The notes under the pieces: generated by a model
Told to the model about the DNA's origin: nothing
The model's input: the letters and a program-made list of their open reading frames with translations, nothing else
Databases searched by the model: none
DNA from: Rhizaria sp. SCN 62-66
Taxonomy: Eukaryota
Direction of reading: 5' to 3'
Length of the DNA stretch: 64,000 nt
NCBI GenBank assembly: GCA_001724265.1
Contig: MEDY01000042.1
Location: 186,001 to 250,000, forward strand
Made by a program: the position numbers and the translations under genes
In this document: positions 41,201-44,589 of the stretch, piece after piece
How the letters are laid out: the number at the start of each line of letters is the position of its first letter
Position numbering within the stretch: position 1 is the first letter of the stretch

Positions 41201-43956
41201 CAGCTGCGGCGGCTGGCGGTGTGCGCACTGCCGCGCTCGCCCGCTTTACCGACGCGTTTCTCGGGCCTCCGAACACGTACGTTAGCCGCAACAACGGTGG
41301 CAGCACGAGCGCCTCAAGTCTGAGCTCGACTCGCACCTCCGGCAAGGTCACGAAGCATGAGTTGCGTGCGCTCGGCCGCGGCGCCGCGCGCGCTTCACTA
41401 ACTCCAGTTGACAACTACACGGTGATGCTCGTCGATGTCACGCCTAGTGGCACGTTTGCGCGTGCCATCACAGCAACGCTTGATGTTGACGCACGCACTG
41501 AGCTTGTTCTTGCGCTCGCTTCACTCCAGCAACTGCAGAAAGCTCTTGTGGTGCAGTCAACTGCCAAGGTGCCACGCCTGATGTTGTCGCTCCCGCTCCC
41601 GCTGTCGCGCTGGACTGACACTCCCGTTGCCATCAACTTCCCGAATCTGCTCTCACGCTGTGGCGCCCCGCCGGAGCTCCGCATCCGCCTCTTTGACGCG
41701 CTGCTGGGTCTCTCGGCGACGCCGATGTGGTGCTGCCCGAAGCCAAGCGTGACGCTGCGCCGCACGGTGCGCGACCCCGTCGCCGCAGCAACGGCAGCGT
41801 CGCGCCGCGCCGCCGCTACGCTCAACGGTGCTGACGCTGGGGCGAGCGCCGACACTGCAAGCGATGCCGCCAACGCGGCCGGTGCAGGCACTACGAGCGG
41901 CCCTCAGTGGGACTCCGACATCTTCGAGCAGCTCGCCGCGGCTCTGTTGTCGCTGCCCCTGCGTCTGCTGCGCACGCCCGTGGGCCACGTGCCGTGGGTG
42001 ACGCGCTTCAGCGGCAACGAGTACTCCGGCGCGATCGGCCTGCCGGGCACGTTCCGCCAGGCCATGGGCGATCTCGCGGCGCAGCTCCGCTCTGTTCCCG
42101 CGAACAACAGTCCAAGCAATAGCAACGGCTCGGCAAGCGACTCGACTGGTTCTGCAGCAGTGGACGGCAACAGTGTGTTTGCGAGTGCGGGGCTGCTGAT
42201 TCCGCCTGCGAACCACGAGAGCGATACTGGAGATGACCGCAATCGGCTGCTGCTGAACCCCGCGCGCTGCAGCGACCGCGATTTGCTACTGTATTTCGCG
42301 CTCGGCCAGCTGTTCGGCGTGGCTATCCGCTCCAAGACGTGCCTTGACTTGGACATCTCGGCCAATGTCTGGCGCGCACTCGTTGGCAGTGAGAACGGCG
42401 CGACTGATCTGGATATCGCGGCCGAAAAGGCAGCGAACGACATTCTACAGCACGTGCAGTCGCAGCATGGCACTGTAAGTGGTACATCGGGTGTCACAGA
42501 GTCGCTTGTGACTTTGAGCAACGAGGATATCACTGGAACCACGGCTAGTGACGCAGCTTTTACTCTCGCTAGTCAGGACTATCTGGCTGCACAGTTGGTC
42601 ACTTTCGTGCGTCCTGGTGGCAATAACTACAACGACTCCGACTCCGACGCCGACGCTGAGAGTGCAAGCAGCGCAGGCACTGATGCCAGTGTTGATGTCT
42701 GGTCGTCGGTCTCTGCGACAGGCGCGATTGGCCCCGCTGTTACAGAGAAGGAGTACGACTTGGCTTACGAGCTCGACTACACCACCCAGCTTACGGGCCG
42801 TCCCTCTGCTGCATCGCACAATCTCTCTAACGGCCACGGGCAATCTGGCTGTGCCAACGGTCAACTCCGCCGTGAGCTCGCTCTCGGCCTTGCTAACTTG
42901 CCTCTCCAAAACGCGAACAGCAACAATGCCGCCACATCTGGCAACTCGACCGTTGCGAACGGCGATGGTGCGAGCGCTGTCAGCGGCGTCCGCGTTCCTT
43001 ACTCTCTGCGCCGCCTCTTCGCGTCTCTCACGCACTCCGCCCGCGCCCAGGAGGCCGTTCTGCAGACCGCAAGCGTGCGCGCCGGCCTTCTCACAGTCAT
43101 CCCCGTCACCGCACTGCGTCTTCTCTCCTGGCGCGAACTCGAACTCCGGGTCTGCGGCGTCGCGACGATTGACCTTGCCGTGCTGCGCAAGCATACGGTG
43201 TACCGCCCCGCGTGCTTCACCGACGAGTCCCCCGTCGTGCAGCGGTTCTGGGAAGCGCTGGAAGGGTTCACGCCCGAGCAGCGCGCACAGTTCCTGCAGT
43301 TCGCGTGGGCGCGCAGTCGCTTGCCGTCCGAAATGGACGATTATGCCGAGTCGACGTACCGCATGCAGCTGAATATCGTCGATTTGCCCCGCTTTATCCA
43401 GGGTAGTGACTCCAATAATGGTAGCAATGGCGCTAGCAACGCGAACAGCAATGCCCCCGCTCCCGGCAATGCTGAGAACGTCGCTGGTGCTGTTGGCAGC
43501 GGACCCGGGTCCCATCTGGCTGTGAACAACAACGGCGGGCTCCCGCCTGCGCCGGCGCCAAGCAACGCCACGCTGCCGCCTCAGTCTGCGACGGCGAGTG
43601 CGATCAACAGCAACCACAACAGCAACATCCGCCCCGCAGAACTGAGTCAACTGGGCGAAGAGGAGGAAGAGCAGGGCCAGCTGTCCGCGACTGCCGCCGC
43701 TGCTGCCGCTGCTGTGGAGAGCGCTAACGGTGCGCTTAGTGCGGAGGAGCGCATGCTGCAACAGCGGCGCGCGCAGGCCGCCGAGGCTGAGGAGGCAGCG
43801 CAGGTGACGGCGCTGACTCTTCCGCAGGAGCGGATGCCTCTGCCGACCTCGGAGACATGCTTCTTCTGCCTCACACTGCCGCATTACCCCAACAAGGAGA
43901 TTATGAGGAGCAAGCTTTTGTTTGCCATCACAACCTGCTCAGCTATCACCTCATGA
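14215..43956 (+). CDS. Giant HECT E3 ubiquitin ligase (about 9,913 aa, apparently intronless) with a large-HERC-like HECT C-terminus
   Basis: Uninterrupted 30-kb ORF; first in-frame ATG at 14215. HECT motifs: LGQLFGVAIRSK..LDLDI, LLSWRELELRVCG, VVQRFWEALEGFTPEQRAQFLQFAWARSRLP, LPTSETCFFCLTLPHYPNKEIMRSKLLFAI (catalytic Cys codon at 43858). Stop TGA. Confidence 0.92.
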   Translation: MAHIPLSAITADLSGAFTSASAAGWPSVPALSAATATVAHSAAAATAASAAAGATGSQTSMLLHGPSLASLAPASALTALSSASTLLSAPHSELQATVQHTHAYRGRLRCQSHSHNPSNSSDNSDSAAPAPAFFREFCYTCGARLLLCLDCAELCHRGHALGPTISAAHARSPSAATAPQCMCGHAGAPCLAATPAGTFPPPPSPPADAAAADALAAAAASSATLSLGAATREHASLLHALTVPGDLATAAAGVAGAGASGTAAGGAMLVPAASAAALAIGCAQYNNNAGSNAAVAAAAETTSAGADALSQIASVFAPTSSMSSATMTGTHGGLTSGSRTLWLPSPHIQDSDNSNSSNTNASAPSELAQRISSNSDQHSAFYHSIHKAALADYSRFYPHLAPAHGLSSSASGSVPDTTDAADTTATAPISVTNGSNNASSSLIGNSIDGGPNPATAAAVAAAVAASATETGGPHTHGRSSAPAAPATLVASLAAVTPTLCPPLSSLPHAPAVSALRALADAEGYAAAVRAGAFNLVCLAHHMIEKQRASAIDSTINTNNSGNVTDAAAAGPASPAVTAVATAMAAVERSLHSNISTANGSATASAAKGDVWLPLLAAVRESFAEKDKTVSHSQAGLSLALRTRVVTACEAALSGKVKPPAKQQDAIIATALAVAFSPITLNITANSGYQQATAIPVESSNIIIANAKGGPRTATALAPTAVVTGQLSLPGSLSPAATASGVNFVYENTAAYTAQVHSSNSSASALSPAKNSSLNASRNSTTSKPPTLGPHGAKPATAMTTTEAASSITALKLRVCVLVIAHLSAVSGGLSFVPQIQRTVTNLTTKHTFTAFQRVFCGHRRSTANNDNSLLHLDLSTLRTTALYAQSPVSQYLNSSPITTNLGGYGQTRFATITRVTNSDNEHRSLLALSQRARVSAVVQARAAVAASARWEWYNHRTETWVSYTHALSRAIETAFTADLPCATFHSAPPPQQQLSGSAPTVSLSLAVQQSLAAASLSAHSSGSMTGLLSPTSAAVVAAAAAAVTAGGAGGAPNGRRGGVVGTAAVTLDGGAFPGGSAYNDINSGSNANTSFAVAEYASNSNSADRSAAAAIAAQQSELSVATMRAEAAIAALATLAFSSPAPGAINDNNDALPGLEADDGDDGAFANLNALARSSGVSGDGIGVDDDDAVARALSALVAPLRSLGAGLASTAATAAEVLARERQREQDLELELALSPDNILASANNNGGSSFDHSRFGVAASNGGQRRFVVSSAASVSTKKDALSTVTGGDFVTICFRRMVETHRPAPSVKPAHSYTGADDGNNNDASALETLTSLATASSARGVPVRVRRVACAPLHATAGHALSAPSTGLAAAAGIVLETEEEEDGGVDPGAAGAAAAVARAAAARARTQVSVANVAASAVAAAAAATVARLSRDGNRMSDVSDYDDDDDNDDGADEGDAGDDDNGDSASDRDLSSAESSNSGGEDNGALYNSDSDDGDNADFLRSNGSSNTRIDVNNDAELLALPAFSPPNRFATENNVISSNAAANATLSAAGPVVNLHRNNDNSSNVSANATVISTTAAVIAVGPELMTPPANAPHNDERMRRRRRRHRRRVNRRRAARATARAYQLAAARAALALSVTGVNNGSQTPQAPPLRVCADAETGCVYVLGATVGLVRLAPLAVTVSAAESATAVAATIAKHGLAGVAAGAVLAQRLDFAVHAEGYITLISNSNNSKTLLLRSPLLHDGVLLAIDPVTLLPLPHKVILSTARGGSCTYDSATQFPFATIAAAMSTVIPSTLSLVRAHNAAVTAQRATHSKRGNSSDAALKAGYFSDDSHVLSVTTTAAAAAADCAPALSHYGCKLQQSDHESGDSQWLSSLAPPPFSLEVFRPHENTLDEAASLPTARGVNGAGSAVNAPQQLPPTPALGSWLPLHLSTTALSAVSLLFTGGFSPQFALANTAAAASFDEDNADQCAKPLPGVAIALSSDNSAFLMFEQDSGVFLRVRRSALPVQDCDDSSVLCSHGAVSHEARGFSDKADYKNGTKSGKAGDAWNPHTGLCFDATATNAKAAAPRSTSVKSKNNENEWLSLRVRVVPAVAATLRCLPLFTDTTDGSLIALTRNPISSDASSGDVTLRRFDTSTLFSDASDITISAPVLAHNVSLFTLLGARVCPAPVQTAVSISSSGKSAATGGIRASARGFLSALKGMGFTKRAITRALRVGGAAVAEDVAAAVEWLVRYPEGAPLSDCSSGEDADDDGSDNDPYEEGSECDHTRVTYGDSDDTEFKQEMPLADGVLDGSYNSGHTSNSDGDDKSDNVRSHMPYWRGGAGSLNQSQDNNEHGLFSGSLSSISNPVSADADAVVNISLTGDDIDGVFARASEFASNSASIIRRGGGASNTASVSPAAMAAVVGTEPFLLDPHICEPQCHDQHCADWTLPALQPPLVSNSYTGVTPWTALGSLLLSAPAASDAVAAGASLEAAAAHAYAAVTAPRASLRLWERVSVAVARERPELAVNLQTKVPLATARAESLTRAVRDQDPTLISAAVLSACVKAHPLAARAHKHCSSDKGSSSSLASANTNGDESDPDELYLTALQSKYASPRLANNNDTSAQWHPLRLASLRAFTSNNTDSSLDLNAGMLVCCACGVLQSDNEQLVFECLDCADYESHRRVVLCLDCHRNGAFSAAAHTSAHRIAPLRCYTNDMCTESNCDCGLASAATSKTTSSSLHYDDIVILANNDLSDLSNGATTVQGTNVTGNNGFDLTVQGNALPQSARLLRTPRVSNSTPLASSSVVAAPGMVNRNASVLSSESGLARATLVTSTSNLALDSKSKVKKASVGVDDESKCALTDVATAHSSCTTPAEAPNASKYKYEAYINMHAYSISFNSETQSLLLLSPNGNLTMPAVATPAAAAAAVTGTLGLAAGVGSSANTGNSDADAASRAAVAASASATATTPGRFAITAALSRDAYLSPSTSATTSGNRDHSVCHAFDAVTGVRAGVVSIPVSGADGGLLFANGTLLALRFAHGLANILPLSSAIFAKTISFKQAAKTPDTAISNVANMLSSLSTAVITPSGITAELPIIATLLTAVAAAVQHQHQPTELASVICTAAAHTARMLVFASDLLNARVRASGDVSTTSDSAADASRVAAVEAMSLALKTHRDTVLTTLIAIYNASACSTMVRGSIAACLADAFEALFPSWSQRLHCVLTPNTEVTDAVTGSSRTNAAALPAPVLARVSMRYQDAFHRGRMVSLFSNILWHPSSSVNNDASKQQSSSDAAVDVTTRLGLPTAREERSLAFLRAQITGAVTLAVQGELARHSMIVSALSEGNTHDSSIDSVSSAFAAVDAADAASIATVNSSALWMLNGLVQYLFSWVQMQNQAHKRGRAVSNPSYSVCLAHAVSAILVATRDLLLSSSVAVFYHQSSPLSAVPLPHRASSPAFRQLFSVATLALPALAGAAALPAPACAAVVDAALSCFRALTAAFTRAHPHAVAPFAATAATETARVFAGEDKRVLDATVRAMLLAHSSCSGVDDLANTSSAVDSCLDSPGVSADCALASLVSPLMESKSPAAVGSRIAETAFVPFSVRVQALLRMDAYVVSALRPRRMTVSEREMAESTAAVMGLEAPLTGPEAPETRLSAAAVDVLISVFNYFASSSQLTVMTNDVARTLADKKLAPGLRSLIATSNVMSAVTTRMSLTAFRAFLFASSEDAATAAVSGASNRSECGVDPRSPTAPAAAFTALCNTTPAPWATVLQNAVLGSSALTENDSAVAPSVAVPCSEATASLAQFLTFALMEYSDPLRRILWIERLSVLAQSTPIAHYSFFQAHNISNKKHMSTHSAGHDSNCSAAMLSMNIGTLASVRWITATVGGIKLAVRALLQRHALGREVLPAAVTRLKLHVLSQSDPMNPPAPAITVAANAALAAAGANSTDSNNEIATVVTGDFSPLSHLAVTVDNALKPSTSVSQQQRVPTLLLTDDPAALMRLLSQQQRWHHDARASVRDAFLLGLISDAADSSVNVNGRGKATLPIGGQINPVIAVALQRGVSPSRLLAVAGDIKATAALCACATATSPTNAVPAAASAPQATVSPTAGAGSPCPPASSSVSAGNSAAANATGSDSLPSAHVLAYHAAVPLRALLATALNELGGRHHDLSFASRTERALCAVYVKYAAASATVADGLIDYCRSINAARLLARATGSPPLRLTMHPAAPEWLKRITRLIFKAVREPLISLLNKHAIAIEAATAAAAAAAAAAAEAATAHAPGRRIISTGSNAALLAPRSLENNDAAIVAVSGSNRSGFVPTPPPPRGANALTTANASNNANTNSGGMPLRSPTLRPPSAHALGASAAAASASSATAAVSNAASRQPRASQQQQPAVSVVVTSPTDARPIAGNSSANAGVAAAVPLPARRSRGHLLASGAANTAGSDATTASNPVASTAPSVLAVPDFAASARALAGRWGGAALGLLTEFTADANGATTGEGAVASTNRSAALAARERDNFFPDIWAHGFDDSTYIQSQLDHSHLQNNGHQCSANSHGVLTAAPSLSSHDSFASPRFPAANAAMRTAHNNSPRFTFETSPPPAPVVSNRNSMRPLSAVAPPAAASAAAGATTASNSAGSVSAAASTAALSRAESFQVDWVTAIVHSAPADLGQWAGQLMPLALSRLQAPSYLRMRAVDALTHAIRSCSAMALSSQASASTDEYDGTDCEAAAADLALKETTALLWPVLAHAPRFYVHADHSLRAHCDRSLEGLLKACAQRLAIAPTHIASAREYSHTTLQSSLSSSNGTDMPLTALSRARLPMLLLPLALELTPGNRFSVLSSGVLPRLLALMPHLEASLTQQQPNVKASSSTATENVGQGSVSARARLYPSRRDSLGASANPNVFVALIKAATATEARAETRTLHSFAWRRFVYLTATVMLAAAHDNEATASAADIVSAGATAAGRSLASTVTSPALSSIVPPVVMSSIHPGTSASVAGNGGGSGVVTPLGRRRPRSSHHASPRIAAINNAAGPSCSPSPSPLASPLMSSVTFAASTRSPVPPLLLLPLSPAPSGGVPAAAVSPTHANAPAAENGSGSGNGNGYSAGVMAAQASALMRDTTALLALATLPTLQCLAINLTRALVSNNANLHRGIPLSTSTTATMTAAESFALTQSLTPKLTDTLALLTALSARTSAPVLTPVAVMVLVELASRATTAATDALMRPHSAAEITGALPAPVTAALFRFLSLELPRHAPASLESALPQFFTVLALPPSVAVTPGSLAVSQSAVATLAALSAASLTAATAKGPQSPGLNSTAYAAVAQTPPRRRTSPAPFSPASSAFTATAATAAATGAPAAAAALALVALHKCAAMPSGALSPFAAGLVATMLTAIAPPASATVNAQSATGTSAGAPAGVHSTPARATPTGRPIRLSPAPPSATASANVANSANSSNSNPLVSRPPLAPAGSPPPAIRVGHATAAHSASAAATSNAVAAATASAVATGAAAALGKRLPSGGDMAALTTTTTNATATVSTAVVGHVVMADPPVVPLPLPLPPALLTTLPGRSSPAPAPVSNNSAVAAAIPTGQLAKCAGQSVSVAEVLSRALLSVFSNIVLVTEMPELAVISSLTKRSRSQKQQLQQQQGATATASSGVTTTTTASGRRVTLASDTAARSNVTSSESQSAGIVDPLNLNATASVASVTPLRAQVTMLARTEQLLPQHPHRFAVRATHKSPSASSRSSASSANSNTTSDEIGGGGTGVPAALSLAPSSAALRCIARELGVLLRTLALATKTQQRGVAGGFALFLPPAIPQPALASSHSHSNTGTPAAPSGRMSLSAVQSPAPRSGSAAGSASASAVTSPVKGLSASFIALPSLLPNATAGASANASKNAALLTTTTTTTTTTATAVNSTRASSAANDAVTKTEAAVDSVQTPIKPSPRTVRFLATTATPALAATASAAQPQQQAPVSDAVTNGPASAPSPVPGVTTGGRNVALKLVTKHRMASQVTTTTVATVASVPETLTPVTPVIGNGAAANNGVVSAARSLDFSPRSPATAISGTNTAADSNSVLSQHQSPRVPPALLAPLLPASASTGSNAISAQTSNNSELTLEALPLSAAASFPPLPRRSPAPTQVMTPAANSQLAKPLALTPFAWAHCMLPALAYALMRPIETKPSAPKRKDNENDDGNVTPMTAAASAATAVPAFPGSSFALLTAVAALLGGFSHAPALASAAADAATLTDPAAGSFFGPSLRPGDLVHVCTGGSGSGAAGAQAASTALAYPLSLVSTVTHRPGPAGASVATGRGAAGPVVAARVVACNWATRSVTVSLLPQGAPAETVIPVTVTSADFAEQSDAVEAESTTVVATTAVGPDVPALLFSYAYAVPAVGNANSSYSSESSSSSSANISNTNGISSSAPVRSLDHSWGAIASNNNSSRPNSAATTAASLKASPLDTAAQSLTTLPLAAVVRWPETEPTVALTHALATTVAATLFVRKDDVDTETSNNNQMLYDCDKVNASAAPQEALLTVFSALAKNLSKATENGKDNSAKRPASANSINTLDAGAAATAAAASAATRVMNASVTSARSRVRLALLRAGAITAEPATRAISAVTTAHPALAAALANLLAIKGVATAAAAENVLLVMNRARALRVLAALDSLADTVCAADSKSDAGNSAYLLAQSVATGLQATMALATHLHTTALARTPGVSLQPYIPSPQQQQQDALTAGCAGSGGLSDTVQAGWGAHARCAHKSLPRREALLRSLMGRGDPARGGTAGEPLLTLPPTAATVDALSFAGGCRAASQEDRERCPYASLRVPALCAPLDEDRPYQDKPVILAYADHITGMGFSPTAAHLALVLARGDLQLALNLILSGEVSDDDVDEAALATRWERLLDALGVRSEVAAFQQQQMQLQARQGRLNQYSADRFEAWAAAAFKADPRISLLDKQHLTTRDAQRAAASASNATNESEGITVESALARDGAALLRAPPSLSALVAGARVYAGQAVLFSDTDVDAAAAADLASPALALAAAAAAVQSAAPAAVASATGALAPTVTRAPRHGCAIQAAALAAAAAALGDAPGNSAAAATGSTGVATGRRLRRSRGAPVYPRLTVSTINASTNANGQSESPMLSQLQMQHPMLWASGLQLVRPLPQFVGHGSEVRTKDAMRLSRAAAHRWQRDFLKINSNANGSGAVENVDSDDADEEEELEEAEQAAAAGETYWWSDDEGEADPIYLQNEWTDEDEDDGNPPASSSNKDGSSSPNASNAVFSSSTTNSLMSSLLNSDASVSTNKTTPVESIVSSNGSTAVGATAAGQMPTPRPPRSRLRASPRPRFGSTAWHAGAVVALTPAAIRLLTRAANNKVTETLNHSANSAAAVAAVGITGAMYREAAPRAHALTVSGGATSGETPQQLRQQLVAVGPCDLNANASLHPSLGWGQGPDAVVPTAHGPRTRLHVGDVIICYDAAGALSKATVIKQRNEQSYLIHYIGWETKWDEWLSHPLAARVVAVLPSPARCARGGAMAAAAAPSDATPWVARVYDWPAALQAAARTFAVQPPSRIALRKQRRQAKAANKSNGIFSVTGSKGGSGRKDEIYDLDYDSDENDCEPDSVLFSNADNSNGGNMSVGAAFTARDGGNEGAIDVDDDYEEDEDAITEALSRDNRLFAAAARRAPHRRTNSTVSVSARRRGAHFWHAPHGPAPAASLAALASISAPHSARASLAFAAALLPRPLPLALPPPPALAAALDEPSQPAATAPGQSPAAAAAEACAALAAVEALAVATGTVVAVDRGRRAVLVAVAGATAAATATAAGAGALLCWLPMALVVPTATQTALQERAGGAVAAGAAVTATSLLRQAHAGARLHARLSGAAVGTNVLVTGQLADAAATSLTGAVTATAAHVRAVIASHRAFALQTLPSTMLLTRSSASEVTTLTATTTKLPWVSVTLQKQLCGGLGINSRGALHALLAAAGPLNPLSLAALAPLSADASPHAGIGTVGATAPSVRDAVVATVATAIALGAATTLTGVAGSSAFQSPSYADVLENVCSDAFTELNTVSAVASGLVVPLKDTANPLPAHLLTSETTAPTVPVTQSKPALTAKSVDSAAEAVSEASRAFVYIFPESDQAVRWPGLASKEHSRPAAALRAARLARRARGQQWERARQRRIASCGNTNNVRKPVGVAAIAAAEALITTPLVPTASNCSADANASIKCGSETAMSPYLLVAPHPAFRAMFPVRFYADPACTVLVKEIAKHAALPEPFIVPNPVYIKAGSVLPSIFFDVAAEAYADDPELFYVAPCSFPALERAAAAVQSLLAARRMLLRDGAMQSRVLALADSDATSNSTCEEVNTRSSDIRTLVGEAKQRRANARVRAIETVDKQLLSFFSLMLTATARSYLASGPVPTVTGSGSMGLVPSAAALQLSPSPLWWLRAMAMQIASEIVAVLTTSTTPLVLASLPSPWRVTVPATAAAADTVAFSGPLLAVHTVMTLASEEAALRVAAEADFGAQLERFIVDPTEPTPTPAAAAPATDNAPAAAGGVASAAAPASGAYGVTVDSLPVSEQDQPAAGNDSFEHVLAAAAAAAPPSASDDDDDNSRSARGSNHDDVDISIADSPRYSNIDSQSPSNGEQGPLTAAEVGSSLQALSQQLGALNAILAQVQWATGVDNDPSSASNGNSANANIAIASPFSPAPRTQAPRQQMTSSLQSPTDSNMSPSTAARSRGDITAFSRLALVSAPIPAPTSQQQTHLTAAAAAAAADDSAAAGTTAAVTPSSSLAASQNAAALSRPALFSRHTMRLLEFSQFMWRWIRYLATMTSDSETTAAVSEQSGDYALSCAHIAATTAATAATRVNASANSSDKGTSVATAALAGLFNDMLSPSNNSNASTSNDVSPTSGSNARNVTRSLIASASAAKLAPSVSLSCLVSPLALADAVALALPAAPPLLAPALASLLRTWHSARSLDTALAHAQAVNNRGDKSKNAERRVSPYAVKTSYIEAAAAAGGVRTAALARFTDAFLGPPNTYVSRNNGGSTSASSLSSTRTSGKVTKHELRALGRGAARASLTPVDNYTVMLVDVTPSGTFARAITATLDVDARTELVLALASLQQLQKALVVQSTAKVPRLMLSLPLPLSRWTDTPVAINFPNLLSRCGAPPELRIRLFDALLGLSATPMWCCPKPSVTLRRTVRDPVAAATAASRRAAATLNGADAGASADTASDAANAAGAGTTSGPQWDSDIFEQLAAALLSLPLRLLRTPVGHVPWVTRFSGNEYSGAIGLPGTFRQAMGDLAAQLRSVPANNSPSNSNGSASDSTGSAAVDGNSVFASAGLLIPPANHESDTGDDRNRLLLNPARCSDRDLLLYFALGQLFGVAIRSKTCLDLDISANVWRALVGSENGATDLDIAAEKAANDILQHVQSQHGTVSGTSGVTESLVTLSNEDITGTTASDAAFTLASQDYLAAQLVTFVRPGGNNYNDSDSDADAESASSAGTDASVDVWSSVSATGAIGPAVTEKEYDLAYELDYTTQLTGRPSAASHNLSNGHGQSGCANGQLRRELALGLANLPLQNANSNNAATSGNSTVANGDGASAVSGVRVPYSLRRLFASLTHSARAQEAVLQTASVRAGLLTVIPVTALRLLSWRELELRVCGVATIDLAVLRKHTVYRPACFTDESPVVQRFWEALEGFTPEQRAQFLQFAWARSRLPSEMDDYAESTYRMQLNIVDLPRFIQGSDSNNGSNGASNANSNAPAPGNAENVAGAVGSGPGSHLAVNNNGGLPPAPAPSNATLPPQSATASAINSNHNSNIRPAELSQLGEEEEEQGQLSATAAAAAAAVESANGALSAEERMLQQRRAQAAEAEEAAQVTALTLPQERMPLPTSETCFFCLTLPHYPNKEIMRSKLLFAITTCSAITS
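14611..14775 (+). other. UBR-box-like zinc finger within the giant HECT ligase
   Basis: FCYTC...LCLDCAELCHRGH...CMCG matches the Cys/His pattern of UBR-type zinc fingers. Confidence 0.7.
17062..18270 (+). other. WWE domain split by low-complexity insertions
   Basis: WEWYNHRTETWVSYTHALSRAIETAF (17062-17139), then FVTICFRRMVETH (~18088-18126) and VRVRR (~18253-18267). Confidence 0.65.
20827..20945 (+). other. UBA domain 1 of the HECT ligase
   Basis: LKGMGFTKRAITRALR...DVAAAVEWL (MGF loop). Confidence 0.75.
22150..22320 (+). other. ZZ-type zinc finger of the HECT ligase
   Basis: CCACG...FECLDCADY...LCLDCH...HTSAH. Confidence 0.7.
31885..31908 (+). repeat. (ACG)8 microsatellite encoding poly-Thr
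   Basis: Directly visible in the sequence. Confidence 0.9.
34727..34822 (+). other. UBA domain 2 of the HECT ligase
   Basis: ITGMGFSPTAAHLALVLARGDLQLALNLIL. Confidence 0.75.
36568..36702 (+). other. Chromo-barrel / Tudor-knot domain of the HECT ligase
   Basis: LHVGDVIICYD...ATVIK...YLIHYIGWETKWDEWL matches the HY.GW...WDEW signature of MRG15/MOF-type chromo barrels. Confidence 0.8.
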
Positions 43957-44589
43957 GTCTTTTGTCTATGTTCTCAACACAAACAATTTTCACCACTCTC
44001 ACTCGAAGTCGTCAGTGCGATTCATGATTTCAAATATTAGCACTTGATGTGTATCACAATTCGTTAAATAATTCGTATGTAGTTCTTGGTTTACTTTAAT
44101 TTACTTGTTTCTTCTTATTTTGATTCAATACACTCTGTATTTCTTTGATTTCCCAATATCGCTACATTTCTCTTTTCGGGAGACAGCTTTCATTGCAGCG
44201 TTGCAGTCTCAACAGGGCCCTAAGTATGAGTACGATTGGGAGACGAGGTTAAAAAAAAAAGTGAAATGTATTAGTACGTACATATTCAATCTACACCTCC
44301 ACTTAAAATTTACCAACAAAAACAGAATCAACCCAGAACGTACACTTACATTTGTACTACTGTAAGCATCTCGTGTGGATAAGAAAAAAAATTATCAAAA
44401 ATAGAACAAAAGTACGTCCATAATATATGGCGTCTTGTTTTTACATTTACAAACCATCATGGCCATAGCTTTATCCTCAACACCAAACAACATCAATGTG
44501 ACTTACAACTATCACACTGACTGCGTGGTGAACTGCTTTTCAGCTTCCAGTGACTGGCGACTGTGAATGTGACCGAAGAGCCGGTTTCT

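Noticed and set aside
14017-43884. Numerous antisense and alternate-frame ORFs (up to 479 aa) inside the HECT gene
   Set aside because: Expected from GC-rich, Ala-rich coding sequence; no recognisable motifs.
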